From assembly GCA_016183565.1 (NCBI GenBank), contig JACPEJ010000004.1, positions 41,178-105,177 on the forward strand: a DNA stretch of 64,000 nucleotides, in the 5' to 3' direction. Position 1 is the stretch's first letter. Every line of letters starts with the position of its first letter. The notes below the pieces were generated by a model. That model ran no database searches and was not told the DNA's origin. It was given only the letters and a program-made list of their open reading frames with translations. The DNA is from Candidatus Blackburnbacteria bacterium. Lineage in GTDB: Bacteria > Patescibacteriota > Microgenomatia > UBA8517 > UBA10165. Both the position numbers and the translations under genes were made by a program. Positions 10,783-20,016 of this stretch are shown here, one piece after another.

Positions 10783-11946
10783 ATGGCAGTAACAGTAGAA
10801 GCCCCGCGCGCCACTCGTGCCAGGCAAATAGAACTAGACACTATTATTACAGAAATCAAGGCATCTACACTCCAAGAGCGATCTTTAATTTGTACAAGAC
10901 TTGTAGAAGCAGACCGCCGCGCTCTCTATAAGACGAGGGGTGAACTTGTTGCTTTGTCTACAATAGCCGGGCGTGACTTTGAAGCTTATGTCCCCCCAAT
11001 CTTTGAACAGTCGGTTCAAGAAGCTGGTATACCTCTGGTGCCAGTTGCCATAGGTCGACGTAGTGACGGAACAGCATATACAGTCACTACATTGCCAGCA
11101 GTGGATATCAAGCACGCACAAGCTCGATTACTGGCTGACGAGCGCTTGCGGCCATTTCTCAAAAAAGAGGTTGAACCCACGCCGAAACAAGCGGTTGAGT
11201 CCACTGAGCAGGCAAAACCAGGAAGACGGAGTGGCACGACACAGATTACAAAGTCCAACGGAGTCGTCTTTGCAGGGTCAAATGGTTCAGTAACAAGTTA
11301 TGAGTGGACAAGCAAAAGACCTGAAAACATACCTGTTGTGGAAGTTACACCTGAAGTTATAGTTCGCGCACAAGCAGGAGACCATGAAGCATTTGAGGTA
11401 ATCTTCGATCGGTATCAAAGCGCTATCTACAATTACGCCTATCGGTTAACGGGAAATCGTGAAGATGCATTTGATTTAACACAAGACACATTTCTTAAGG
11501 TATACCAGGGTTTACCTAAAACCCAACTAGGGCTTCGGCTCAATAGCTGGTTGTACCGAATCGCAACAAACACTTGTTTAGATGAGTTAAGACATAGAAA
11601 GACTCTAAAAGGGAAGCCGTGGGAAGATTTTATGTCTGTTTTTCACTCCTCGCAGGTTAGCCGGGAGGATCCTGAGAGAAGTGTTTTGGATAAAGAAAAC
11701 CAGGAAGAAGTCCAACTTATTCTTAATCTCATGCATCCTAGACATAGAATGTGTCTTATTCTTCGCGAATACCACGGCTTGTCTTGCGACGAGATTGCAG
11801 AAGTTCTGGAGACCACTCGTACAGCAGTAAGGACTCTCTTTTTTAAGGCAAAAGCAAGGTTTAGAGAGATATATGCTCGTTCAAAAAGACAGCCCCAAAT
11901 TTTGCCCCAAAGACGGGTTTTGTATGCTGGTAACAGGGTTCGCTGA
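10783..11946 (+). CDS. ECF-type sigma factor with about 185-aa N-terminal extension
   Basis: DAFDLTQDTFLKVY, SWLYRIATNTCLDELR, GLSCDEIAEVL; TTGTCA..TATAAT promoter just upstream. Confidence 0.82.
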   Translation: MAVTVEAPRATRARQIELDTIITEIKASTLQERSLICTRLVEADRRALYKTRGELVALSTIAGRDFEAYVPPIFEQSVQEAGIPLVPVAIGRRSDGTAYTVTTLPAVDIKHAQARLLADERLRPFLKKEVEPTPKQAVESTEQAKPGRRSGTTQITKSNGVVFAGSNGSVTSYEWTSKRPENIPVVEVTPEVIVRAQAGDHEAFEVIFDRYQSAIYNYAYRLTGNREDAFDLTQDTFLKVYQGLPKTQLGLRLNSWLYRIATNTCLDELRHRKTLKGKPWEDFMSVFHSSQVSREDPERSVLDKENQEEVQLILNLMHPRHRMCLILREYHGLSCDEIAEVLETTRTAVRTLFFKAKARFREIYARSKRQPQILPQRRVLYAGNRVR

Positions 11947-11953
11947 CTAGTTA

Positions 11954-12610
11954 TCACTTCCCAACTATTTTTATTCTGCCGGGGGCAAAAGAGGCTTCTT
12001 GGCTTGTTGTGGATTTTATTTGGACTCGGTATTGGTTGTTTCCACTCCAAAGAGAAATGTTTCCAGAAGAAACTGTTGTGTAGTCTGAGGTTACTACTGA
12101 GACTTCGCTACCGGAGACTGCAATTCCATTTGTTACATCATAGAGACGTGCCCAGGCTTCGCCGTTTGCATTGCCAATTTTCAAAGAAGCTTCCCAAGAA
12201 ACGTTCAAGGACTTACCAAATTCAGAGGGGTCAATCCACATCTCCCCTCCTTTAATATCAGTCCAGTCAGTATTCTTTGTTGAGAAAGCACTTCCGACCG
12301 AGACAAAACTGGTCCGAGATGTTGTTCCAGTTGTTCCGGTTTGTGTTCCAGTGTTTGCGGTAGTTTTAGTAGAGGCAGACAAAGTAGCAACTGCTTGGGC
12401 AACTTCTTCCGCAATTATTTTTTTGCATTTTTCTCCACAAGTGTCAATACTAATCTGATTGGGAAAAGGTAAGAAACTGCTACTACCCTTGCTTTTAGAA
12501 ACCTCAAGCAAATTGCTATTTAGAATCCAGATATTAACAACAAGGAGAGAGACAAACAAAATTAAAAGAACCTTAATTCCTCTATCGTATTTCCAAAAAA
12601 GTTCGTGCAT
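11954..12610 (-). CDS. Membrane-anchored extracellular beta-rich protein
   Basis: N-terminal TM, Thr/Gly linker, beta-rich C-terminal domain. Confidence 0.7.
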   Translation of the reverse strand: MHELFWKYDRGIKVLLILFVSLLVVNIWILNSNLLEVSKSKGSSSFLPFPNQISIDTCGEKCKKIIAEEVAQAVATLSASTKTTANTGTQTGTTGTTSRTSFVSVGSAFSTKNTDWTDIKGGEMWIDPSEFGKSLNVSWEASLKIGNANGEAWARLYDVTNGIAVSGSEVSVVTSDYTTVSSGNISLWSGNNQYRVQIKSTTSQEASFAPGRIKIVGK

Positions 12611-12615
12611 GGCGG

Positions 12616-14013
12616 TTAAACGTTTTGCGTTTTTCGTTTTACAGTAGGTCCCTCCGGTGTGTCCTCAATCTCGTACCCCCTCTCCTGAATTTTCTTTCGC
12701 AAGTTGTCTGCCTCATCCCACTTACCAACTTGTCTTAATCTTTCTCTTTCTTCTATCATATCCTGTACTACTTGTACTACTTGTTCCACTTCTACCCGTT
12801 TTCCCAGGCCCAGCCCCAAAACTTCATCAAATGATAAAATCAAATCAAGTTTATCTTGGGAGGGAATGTTGCTTTTTATTGCTTCCCAGAGGATGGCTAA
12901 AGCTTGGGGGGTACCAAGATCGTTGTTAATCACAGCGTAAAACCTATCACGGTAATCATCATATTTGTTTTCTTTTTCCTCTGAAAGAACAGTTCTACTT
13001 TTCTCCTGTTGTAGTCCTGCCTTGCCGGCAGGCAGGCCGTAGACCATAGTCTGTAGTCTCTCCAAAGCGCTTTGTGCCGCAGCTAAGGAATCCCAGGTAA
13101 AGTTTATTGGATCACGATAGTGTGCTGTTAAGAAAAGGTATCTTAAAGCTATTGGATCAAAGCCTTTGGCTTTAATATGACGAAGTGTATAAAAATTCCC
13201 AAGGGATTTGCTCATCTTTTTTCCATCAACCATAAGATGTGCATTGTGCACCCAGAAACGCGCAAATTTTTTACCGGTTGCGGCTTCTGATTGCGCAATT
13301 TCATCTTCATGGTGCGGGAAGATAAGGTCTACACCGCCAGCGTGCAGGTCCAAGGTTTCACCTAAAATATCCATACTCATGGCAGAACACTCAATATGCC
13401 AGCCTGGGCGGCCTTTGCCAAAAGGTGCATCCCAAGAGGGTTCATCCTCTTTAGGAGCTTTCCATAAAGCAAAGTCTTGTACATTTTCTTTTGTGTATTC
13501 ATCGGCCGCTACTCGGGCTCCGGGTTTTATTTCGCGTTGGTCGAGTTTAGACAATGTTCCATATTGAGGGAATTTTTCTATTGAGAAGTAAATTGTTTCG
13601 TCGGGAGCTTTATAGGCAACGCCTTTCTCAAGAAGTTTGTTTATTAAAGAAATCATTTGTGGGATATATTCTGTAGCTTTGGGGTAAAAGTTTGCGGGAA
13701 GAATTCCAAGCTTTTTAATATCAGCAAAAAACGCTTCTTCGTACTTTTTGGTAAATTCCCCAATTGTTGCCCCAGCTTCATTTGCTTTTTTTATTATCTT
13801 GTCTTCAATATTGGTAATATTCATAACATGCACTACATCAAAACCGTTTGTTTGTAACACCCTTTTTAGTATGTCATTAAAGACATATGCTCTTAGGTTT
13901 CCGATATGAACATAGTCGTGGACTGTAGGTCCGCAGGTATACATTCTTACTTTTGGGGGGTTAAGTGGGGTAAATTCTTCTTTTTTTGTGGTTAGGGTGT
14001 TGTATAAAAGCAT
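12616..14013 (-). CDS. cysS: Cysteine--tRNA ligase
   Basis: CGPTV..HIGN, GRPGWHIECSAM, KMSKSLGN. Confidence 0.96.
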   Translation of the reverse strand: MLLYNTLTTKKEEFTPLNPPKVRMYTCGPTVHDYVHIGNLRAYVFNDILKRVLQTNGFDVVHVMNITNIEDKIIKKANEAGATIGEFTKKYEEAFFADIKKLGILPANFYPKATEYIPQMISLINKLLEKGVAYKAPDETIYFSIEKFPQYGTLSKLDQREIKPGARVAADEYTKENVQDFALWKAPKEDEPSWDAPFGKGRPGWHIECSAMSMDILGETLDLHAGGVDLIFPHHEDEIAQSEAATGKKFARFWVHNAHLMVDGKKMSKSLGNFYTLRHIKAKGFDPIALRYLFLTAHYRDPINFTWDSLAAAQSALERLQTMVYGLPAGKAGLQQEKSRTVLSEEKENKYDDYRDRFYAVINNDLGTPQALAILWEAIKSNIPSQDKLDLILSFDEVLGLGLGKRVEVEQVVQVVQDMIEERERLRQVGKWDEADNLRKKIQERGYEIEDTPEGPTVKRKTQNV

Positions 14014-14062
14014 TTCGAGTTCATATTTATTCTACCCCAGCCTCCCTGCAAACGCAAAGCCA

Positions 14063-14115
14063 CCCGATGTGCAAAGCTATTCCACTCCCGATGTGGAATA
14101 GGTTGACACGTCGGG
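14063..14115. repeat. About 50-bp hairpin element, copy 1 (others at 43334-43385 and 50334-50381)
   Basis: CCCGATGTGCAAAGCTATTCCACTCCCGATGTGGAATA...TCGGG. Confidence 0.9.
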
Positions 14116-14232
14116 GTAAACATCATCGCTGTGGCTGCTTCATGGCTTGGGTGGGCGCCTTTCTGGGCCGAGTCAATGCGGGCGATTCCCCTGCGGCCAG
14201 GCGACCAAGGCCAGTTGAGTACTAAAACTCGA

Positions 14233-14298
14233 ACCCCTGTTTGGTGTAGGTGTTGACAGTTTCATGTCAACACACAAACACCAGGCGGGGGTGTTTTT
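14233..14298 (+). terminator. Terminator-like stem enclosing an inner hairpin
   Basis: ACCCCTGTTTGGTGT/ACACCAGGCGGGGGT outer stem, GTGTTGACA/TGTCAACAC inner stem, followed by a T run. Confidence 0.6.
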
Positions 14299-14723
14299 TA
14301 CTGGGCGGGGTTTTTGCCAAGTTCTGTGTGGGTTTGCTTTCTTTTTAGGAATCCAGCGAATCCTCTTAACATTCCTTTTGGTCTTTTCCCTTGTGGTTCT
14401 TCTGGAGCAGGTTGTATCCGAGTCGCCTCTTCTTGTTTTTTCTGGGCATATTCCTCCTCTTGTCTACCAACTATTTCCTGTTTTTCCCTCTCTTCGGTTA
14501 TCTGAGAAACTTCTTCTCGGAGTTCGCGCAATCTAGCCCTTGACCTTGCTTCTGTGATTTCTTCTGGAATAGCTTGTTCTTTTACAGAGAGAGGTTGCTG
14601 GGCTTCCATGCTTGGTTTTACATTAGCTCCGCTTAGTTGCTCAGTAGCTGTTTTGACAATTTGCGAGGGCTCTTCAAATGGATTATATATCTTTGTTTTG
14701 GGTGATTTAGAAAAACTTTGCAT
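14298..14723 (-). CDS. Hypothetical coiled-coil protein
   Basis: 141-aa E/Q/K-rich ORF directly after recR. Confidence 0.65.
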   Translation of the reverse strand: MQSFSKSPKTKIYNPFEEPSQIVKTATEQLSGANVKPSMEAQQPLSVKEQAIPEEITEARSRARLRELREEVSQITEEREKQEIVGRQEEEYAQKKQEEATRIQPAPEEPQGKRPKGMLRGFAGFLKRKQTHTELGKNPAQ

Positions 14724-14726
14724 TCT

Positions 14727-15344
14727 TTAAAACTCCCTTCTTCCTTCTATTGCATGCCGCAAAGTCATATCATCAGCATACTCTAAATCAGCTCCAGTTG
14801 GTACGCCAACTCCCAACCTTGTAATTTTGATACTCGATGTGCCATTTCCCAGATCTATTATCTGCCGTTTTATATACATAGCTGTTGCCTCGCCTTCCAT
14901 CGTCGGATTGGTTGCCAAAATTATCTCCTTCACCCTTTCCCCTTCACCCTTCACCCTTTCTGTAAGTTTTTTAATAAAAATCTCATCAGGCCCAATATTT
15001 TCCAAAGGATTTATCGCACCATGCAAAACATGATAAACCCCCTTATACCTTCCGGATCTTTCCATTGCTAATATATCTAAAGGCTGTTCTACTACCATAA
15101 TCGTACTTTTGTCTCTATTTCTGTCCTCGCAGATGTAGCAGGGGTCTGTTTCTCCAATGTTTTTACAAACAGAACACAAGACTGTGGATTTTTTTAAATT
15201 AACCAAAGCGTTAGCAAAAGATTCTAAATGCTCTTGGGGGACGTGCAATAAATAAAAAGTAAGCCTTTGTGCAGTTTTTGGTCCAACTCCAGGAAGTTTT
15301 TCAAACGCTTCGATTAGTCTTATTATAGCCCTTGGAATACGCAT
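14727..15344 (-). CDS. recR: Recombination mediator RecR
   Basis: LPGVGPKTAQRL, C4 zinc finger, ATNPTMEGEATA. Confidence 0.96.
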   Translation of the reverse strand: MRIPRAIIRLIEAFEKLPGVGPKTAQRLTFYLLHVPQEHLESFANALVNLKKSTVLCSVCKNIGETDPCYICEDRNRDKSTIMVVEQPLDILAMERSGRYKGVYHVLHGAINPLENIGPDEIFIKKLTERVKGEGERVKEIILATNPTMEGEATAMYIKRQIIDLGNGTSSIKITRLGVGVPTGADLEYADDMTLRHAIEGRREF

Positions 15345-15424
15345 GGTTTGTCTTGCTGATTATACCAAAAATTAGATTTAACAGCGCGGGGGTCTCTTTT
15401 CTTTTACAACCCAGTACAACCCAG

Positions 15425-15455
15425 TAGCCTCGCAAGGTCTCACCTTGCGAGGCTA
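15425..15455. repeat. 31-bp TAGCC...GGCTA palindromic element (family also at 5750, 29733, 41034, 42704, 50516, 54104)
   Basis: TAGCCTCGCAAGG-TCTCA-CCTTGCGAGGCTA, perfect 13-bp arms. Confidence 0.9.
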
Positions 15456-15511
15456 ACGCCACGAAAAATCCCCCTTCGCGGGGGATTCTCCGAGATCCTG
15501 GTATTTGTCAG

Positions 15512-15799
15512 TTATTTCAACCCTCCAAGCAAACCGCCTAATCCGCCTCCCATTTCTTGCATTTTTCTTGCAACAGTTTTTTGGGTTTGTCCAAACGCTT
15601 TGTTTACTGCTTTTATAGCTCTTTCTTGGTTTTGTCCGTCAATTTGAAGCTCGCGTATTTTTAGATCTCCGGAGACAACAACCTTAATACCATCTTCTTC
15701 TACAGTAAGTCGTTCGCGCGATAATTCGTTTTGGATCTGGCGAAGTTTATTGAGAGCTTTTAGGCTGTCTGCGCCCTGGCGGAATTTATCAAAAACCAT
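15512..15799 (-). CDS. ybaB: YbaB/EbfC nucleoid-associated protein
   Basis: Conserved dnaX-ybaB-recR order; GIKVVVSGD, KAVNKA. Confidence 0.85.
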   Translation of the reverse strand: MVFDKFRQGADSLKALNKLRQIQNELSRERLTVEEDGIKVVVSGDLKIRELQIDGQNQERAIKAVNKAFGQTQKTVARKMQEMGGGLGGLLGGLK

Positions 15800-15841
15800 T
15801 TTGGGTATTGTATCACTTACAAAAAAGACAAACAAGTTTTT

Positions 15842-17446
15842 CTAGTTGGGTAATTTCTTCTCCTCTTTCCCTCCAAAGATATCCTCTGCGACGCGGATGA
15901 TGTCTTCTTCGACTTCTTCAGTTAGGTTCGCAATATCTATGGCTCGTTTTTTTGAGGAAGATAAAAAGCAAACGATATGAATTTCTTTGCCAAAAACTTC
16001 TTGCGCGATTTTTTCAACCAGGCTACGATACGGGTCTTTTTCTATTCTTTCTTTGTGGAATTGGTAAAAAACTTCAAGCATTAAGTTGTTTCCATTAAGT
16101 CCTTGTGGTTTGGTTGCGCGCAGCAAGGCTTCAATCGAATGGTTTGTCTTTTTTGCCTGCTCCATAAGTTTTTTCCATTGTTCGTCGAGATTTAAAGTAG
16201 ACAGTGGAATTTTACCCCCTACGTCCTTCAAACTCTCTAAGGAGGGTGAGCTTGCCGACGAACGCTCGTCGCGATTGTCTGAGGCAGGCTCGAGCGGACG
16301 ACGTCGCCGCGCAGACGGCGCAGAGTCCCGAGAGCCAGTACCTTCTGAGGTAGCCGAGTTGAGCGACAAGTGAGTCGGTAACAAACCCTCCGACCCTCCG
16401 ACCCACTCAATCACAGCCATCTCCAAAGGCAGTTGTGGAATAACTGCAGAGGGTATGTCTAAAGCTGCTTTTGAGAAAAGTTCAATTGCAAATTTAACTT
16501 TTTCCACTCCTTCGAGGTCTTTTGCTTTCAGATCGTTCCTGCCGTCATTGGTAAATTCCGAAAGTAGAATATTTCTTAAAAGCCCGACTAGTTGGGATGT
16601 ATAAAGCCGGAGGTTAACTCCGTCTTTGACAATTATGTCTATTTCTTCTAAAGCTTCCTTTGTTTTTCCTTCACTCAGCGCGAGAAGGAGGTTCTCCGGG
16701 GTGCGGGAAACAGCAATGCTGTTTTTTACATCCTCCACTGTTATTTTCTTTTTTCCAAGAGATAATTGTTCTAAAATTTTATGTGCTTCTCTGAAACTTC
16801 CGTCAACTATTTTGACAATCTCGGATAGTGCATCATCGCTAACATTTATACCCTCACCTTCAACAACCTTTTTTAAAGAGGCAACAATCTCTAGAGAGTC
16901 AGCTTTCCTAAAGTTTATTATGGTACACCTGGAACGAATTGTGTCGGGAAGTTTTTCGGGGGCGGTTGTTGCAAGGATGAACAGGACGTGGTCAGGCGGT
17001 TCCTCTAGGGTTTTAAGAAGAGCGTTTGCGGCTTCTAGTGTTAACATGTGGGCTTCGTCGATGATGTAGACTTTTTTACTTGCCCCGGCTGGAGCAAGCT
17101 TTACTGCGTCACGCAGGGCTCGTACGTCATCAACCCCTCTGTGGCTTGCTGCGTCAATTTCCAGTACGTCCAGGCTTGCCCCACGAACGATTGCCTCACA
17201 CTGCGCACACTTGTTACAAGGCTCTATATTAGCGTTTTTCCCCTTTTCCCTTTTCCCTTTTCCTTCACAGTTGACGGCTTTCGCTAATATGCGAGCTGCT
17301 GAGGTTTTGCCACTACCCCTGGGGCCGGCAAAAAGAAAAGCATGGGGAATGTTACTACTACCAAGGATATTTTTTAGCTGTTCCCGGACTTCCGGAAGAT
17401 CAAGTTCTGAGATTGTTTTGGGACGGTATTTTAAATAAAAAGTCAT
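15842..17446 (-). CDS. dnaX: DNA polymerase III gamma/tau subunit
   Basis: KYRP, GPRGSGKTS, EIDAASHRGVD, IIDEAHML, TIRSRC. Confidence 0.96.
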   Translation of the reverse strand: MTFYLKYRPKTISELDLPEVREQLKNILGSSNIPHAFLFAGPRGSGKTSAARILAKAVNCEGKGKREKGKNANIEPCNKCAQCEAIVRGASLDVLEIDAASHRGVDDVRALRDAVKLAPAGASKKVYIIDEAHMLTLEAANALLKTLEEPPDHVLFILATTAPEKLPDTIRSRCTIINFRKADSLEIVASLKKVVEGEGINVSDDALSEIVKIVDGSFREAHKILEQLSLGKKKITVEDVKNSIAVSRTPENLLLALSEGKTKEALEEIDIIVKDGVNLRLYTSQLVGLLRNILLSEFTNDGRNDLKAKDLEGVEKVKFAIELFSKAALDIPSAVIPQLPLEMAVIEWVGGSEGLLPTHLSLNSATSEGTGSRDSAPSARRRRPLEPASDNRDERSSASSPSLESLKDVGGKIPLSTLNLDEQWKKLMEQAKKTNHSIEALLRATKPQGLNGNNLMLEVFYQFHKERIEKDPYRSLVEKIAQEVFGKEIHIVCFLSSSKKRAIDIANLTEEVEEDIIRVAEDIFGGKEEKKLPN

Positions 17447-17451
17447 TAGTT

Positions 17452-17570
17452 AAAATTTTCAATTTTTAATTTTTAATTTTCAATCAAATCTCAATGAACA
17501 AATTTTCAATGTTTTAAACATTTAAGAATTGGAAATTCATTGAAAATTGAGACTTGAAAATTGTAAATTT
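17452..17570. repeat. AT-rich heptamer-based (TTTTCAA/TTGAAAA) inverted array
   Basis: ATTTTCA-type units followed by TGAAAAT-type units; relatives at 25684, 45631, 49609, 62026. Confidence 0.8.
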
Positions 17571-17571
17571 C

Positions 17572-17958
17572 CTACTCATGGTGTATTCCCAACAAATGCA
17601 TTACTCCGTGCTCGGCAAGTTCACCTAACACATCATCCATCATTTTGTTTTTCTTTATAGCAATTTTTCTTGCTTCAGGATAACATATTACAACATCTCC
17701 CAGGGGTAGTTTATCAGGTGGAACCACAAATTCCCCATCTTCCGATGCAGAGAAAGACAGGACCTCGTGAACTGGATCGCTTTTATTTTCCTTTAGATAC
17801 TTTTGTCCAAGTTCACGCATTTTCCGCTCGCCTACTAGAGCAATACTAACCTCTGCGTCTTTAACACCTCTTAAAGAGAGTACATCTTCAATTTTGTGTT
17901 TCAAGGCCTTTGTGTCTAAAGGATAACGTGACTGGCGAGTGATGAAAATGCGAAGCAT
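17572..17958 (-). CDS. ybeY: rRNA maturation endoribonuclease YbeY
   Basis: VLSF, LGDVVIC, HGVMHLLGIHH. Confidence 0.9.
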   Translation of the reverse strand: MLRIFITRQSRYPLDTKALKHKIEDVLSLRGVKDAEVSIALVGERKMRELGQKYLKENKSDPVHEVLSFSASEDGEFVVPPDKLPLGDVVICYPEARKIAIKKNKMMDDVLGELAEHGVMHLLGIHHE

Positions 17959-18001
17959 TTTTTTGAAATCTTAAATTCGAAATCCTAAATCCGAAACAAA
18001 T

Positions 18002-18445
18002 TCAACCATGTAGTTTTTCCCTCACGATTCTAGAAACCACATCGCCACTTGCAGCACCTTTAATTTTCCCCATCACAACTCCCATCACTTTTCCAAAATC
18101 CCCTGGACTTGAAGCGCCAGTTTCTGAGATCACCTGGTTAACAATATTTCCTATTTCTTCGTCTAACATCTGAGCAGGCAAAAATTCTTTTAAGATTTCC
18201 TCTTCTTTTGCTTCTTTTTGGGCCGCTTCTTCTCTGCCACCTTTTTTATAGGCCTCAGTTGCCTCTTCTCTTTGCTTTATCTGTCTTCTTACAATTGCCA
18301 ACTCTTCATCTTCTGTAAGACCCCGTTGTTTTGCTATTTCTTCGTTGTGGATTGCGCTTGAAAGAAGTCGTAGTGTTGAAACGCACAGTGTATCTCCGCT
18401 TTTTAGGGCATCTTGGATTTGAGTAGTAAGATTCTCTACTATCAT
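18002..18445 (-). CDS. GatB/YqeY domain protein
   Basis: TLRLL...IHNEEI, KQREEA..AY, FLPAQM, DFGKVMG. Confidence 0.9.
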   Translation of the reverse strand: MIVENLTTQIQDALKSGDTLCVSTLRLLSSAIHNEEIAKQRGLTEDEELAIVRRQIKQREEATEAYKKGGREEAAQKEAKEEEILKEFLPAQMLDEEIGNIVNQVISETGASSPGDFGKVMGVVMGKIKGAASGDVVSRIVREKLHG

Positions 18446-18807
18446 GGAAACTCCTTTTTTACTTCCATTTCTGGTGTTTCTTGCCAACCACCAACTATGT
18501 GATAGTGAGTATGGAATACTGACTGTCCTGCAGCTTCACCTGATGCAGTGAGAACGCGAAAGGCGTCCCCGATATTTAGTTTTTTGGCAACTTGGGCTGC
18601 CACCAGTTGACACCTACCAAGAACCTCCACGTCATCTTCTGAGACCTCCACAAGCCGTGGAATGTGCTTTTTTGGAATTACAAGCACATGAATTGGAGCT
18701 TTAGGATTTATGTCGTGGAAAGCAAAAATTTCGTCATCTTCATACTCCTTTTTTGAAGGAATTTCTCCACTAGCAATTTTGCAAAAAACACAGTTTTGAG
18801 GTTCCAC
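18442..18807 (-). CDS. HIT family (Hint) nucleotide hydrolase
   Basis: CVFCKI, DINPKAPIHVLVIPK, GQSVFHTHYH. Confidence 0.92.
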   Translation of the reverse strand: MEPQNCVFCKIASGEIPSKKEYEDDEIFAFHDINPKAPIHVLVIPKKHIPRLVEVSEDDVEVLGRCQLVAAQVAKKLNIGDAFRVLTASGEAAGQSVFHTHYHIVGGWQETPEMEVKKEFP

Positions 18808-18834
18808 GATACGGAAAGTATACCGCTACTGTGT

Positions 18835-19827
18835 TTAAGAGACAAGCTTTATGATAGCTCGGGCGAGTTTTTTGGGATCGTGGCGCAAAAACTCTCCTGT
18901 TCTTAAAAAATTGCCTTTTATCACCCTAACTCCATCTTGTTTGCTGTCTAGGTCGTTTTGTATTGGTTCTGAGGCAAATTTACTATACCAAGCTAGTGTT
19001 CTGACGCTATCGGGAAAGTCGTTATTTACAATAACGTAAGTAAGTTTGTCCGAGGCTTGGGCCATATAGTCCTTTGCTACACGTACAAAGTCTGAGGCCT
19101 TGAAATTATCTGTCTCCCCCGGCTTTGTCATGAGATTAACAATTAATGCTACTTTAGCTGGAGATTTTAATATTGCTTCAGGTACTCCTTGGACAAGCAG
19201 GTTGGGTACAATACTTGTATAAAGGTCGCCTGGCCCAACAACAATGAGATCAGCTGCCTCCAGAGCCTTTTTAGCACCGGGATAAATTGAAGCTTTTGGT
19301 TTCAGATAAACTTTTTTTATGGGGATGTCAGCGTCTTCCCCGCCATGCCAACGAAGGTCTATTTTTGTCTCGCCAATAATTTTCTTTCCGTTTTCAAGTA
19401 TTGCTATGAGAGTATTTGAATCCAAAGTAACAGGATAGACATAGCCTGAGACAGCAAGAATTTTGCCTGCTTCCTCAATTGCTAAATCAGCACGTCCAGT
19501 AATTTGTGTTAAAGCTGCAATAAGGAGATTGCCAACGGAGTGTCCTTTAAGAGTTTTGCCTTTGCTAAACCGGAAGTCGAAAAGCCGCTCAAGAGTTCTT
19601 TCGGCAAGGGGAAGGTTTGATAAAGCAATAAGTGCTCGTCTTATGTCTCCAGGAGGGAGAATGCCTAGTTCGCGCCTAAGTTTTCCTGTGGAGCCGCCTG
19701 AGTCGGACATTGCGACAATTGCAGAAAGTTGGACAGGATATTTTTTCAAACCCACCAGAACTTGATATGTCCCAGTCCCACCGCCGACAACAACTATCTT
19801 TTTGTTTTTCTTCTCTTGTTTCCCCAT
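18835..19827 (-). CDS. YvcK/CofD-like (UPF0052) protein
   Basis: GGGTG, DSGGSTG.LR, PPGDIR, GPGDLYTS. Confidence 0.9.
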   Translation of the reverse strand: MGKQEKKNKKIVVVGGGTGTYQVLVGLKKYPVQLSAIVAMSDSGGSTGKLRRELGILPPGDIRRALIALSNLPLAERTLERLFDFRFSKGKTLKGHSVGNLLIAALTQITGRADLAIEEAGKILAVSGYVYPVTLDSNTLIAILENGKKIIGETKIDLRWHGGEDADIPIKKVYLKPKASIYPGAKKALEAADLIVVGPGDLYTSIVPNLLVQGVPEAILKSPAKVALIVNLMTKPGETDNFKASDFVRVAKDYMAQASDKLTYVIVNNDFPDSVRTLAWYSKFASEPIQNDLDSKQDGVRVIKGNFLRTGEFLRHDPKKLARAIIKLVS

Positions 19828-20016
19828 CCAGGTTGAACAATATTGTGCTCTTTTAGAACATTCCTTGTCAAACAGAAAATGCTTTGTAGGGCATGTTGCT
19901 TAAGGGTTGGAATTAATCTGCCGCCAAAACTTGTCTCGGATGCTCTGGGGTAGATATATCTTTCGTATATCGTCAACTTACTGTAGAATTATGACACTGT
20001 CTGTTAGTTACAAACA

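Noticed and set aside
10540-10859. Long overlapping N-termini for csoR and the ECF sigma (also extended rpsB, dut, tsf, mrdA starts)
   Set aside because: Promoter, operator and RBS positions support the shorter downstream starts.
14121-14225. SRP RNA on the minus strand (GAAGCAGC)
   Set aside because: The CAGG-stem-GNRA-stem-AGCAG domain IV arrangement is missing; a GC-rich gene remnant is more likely.
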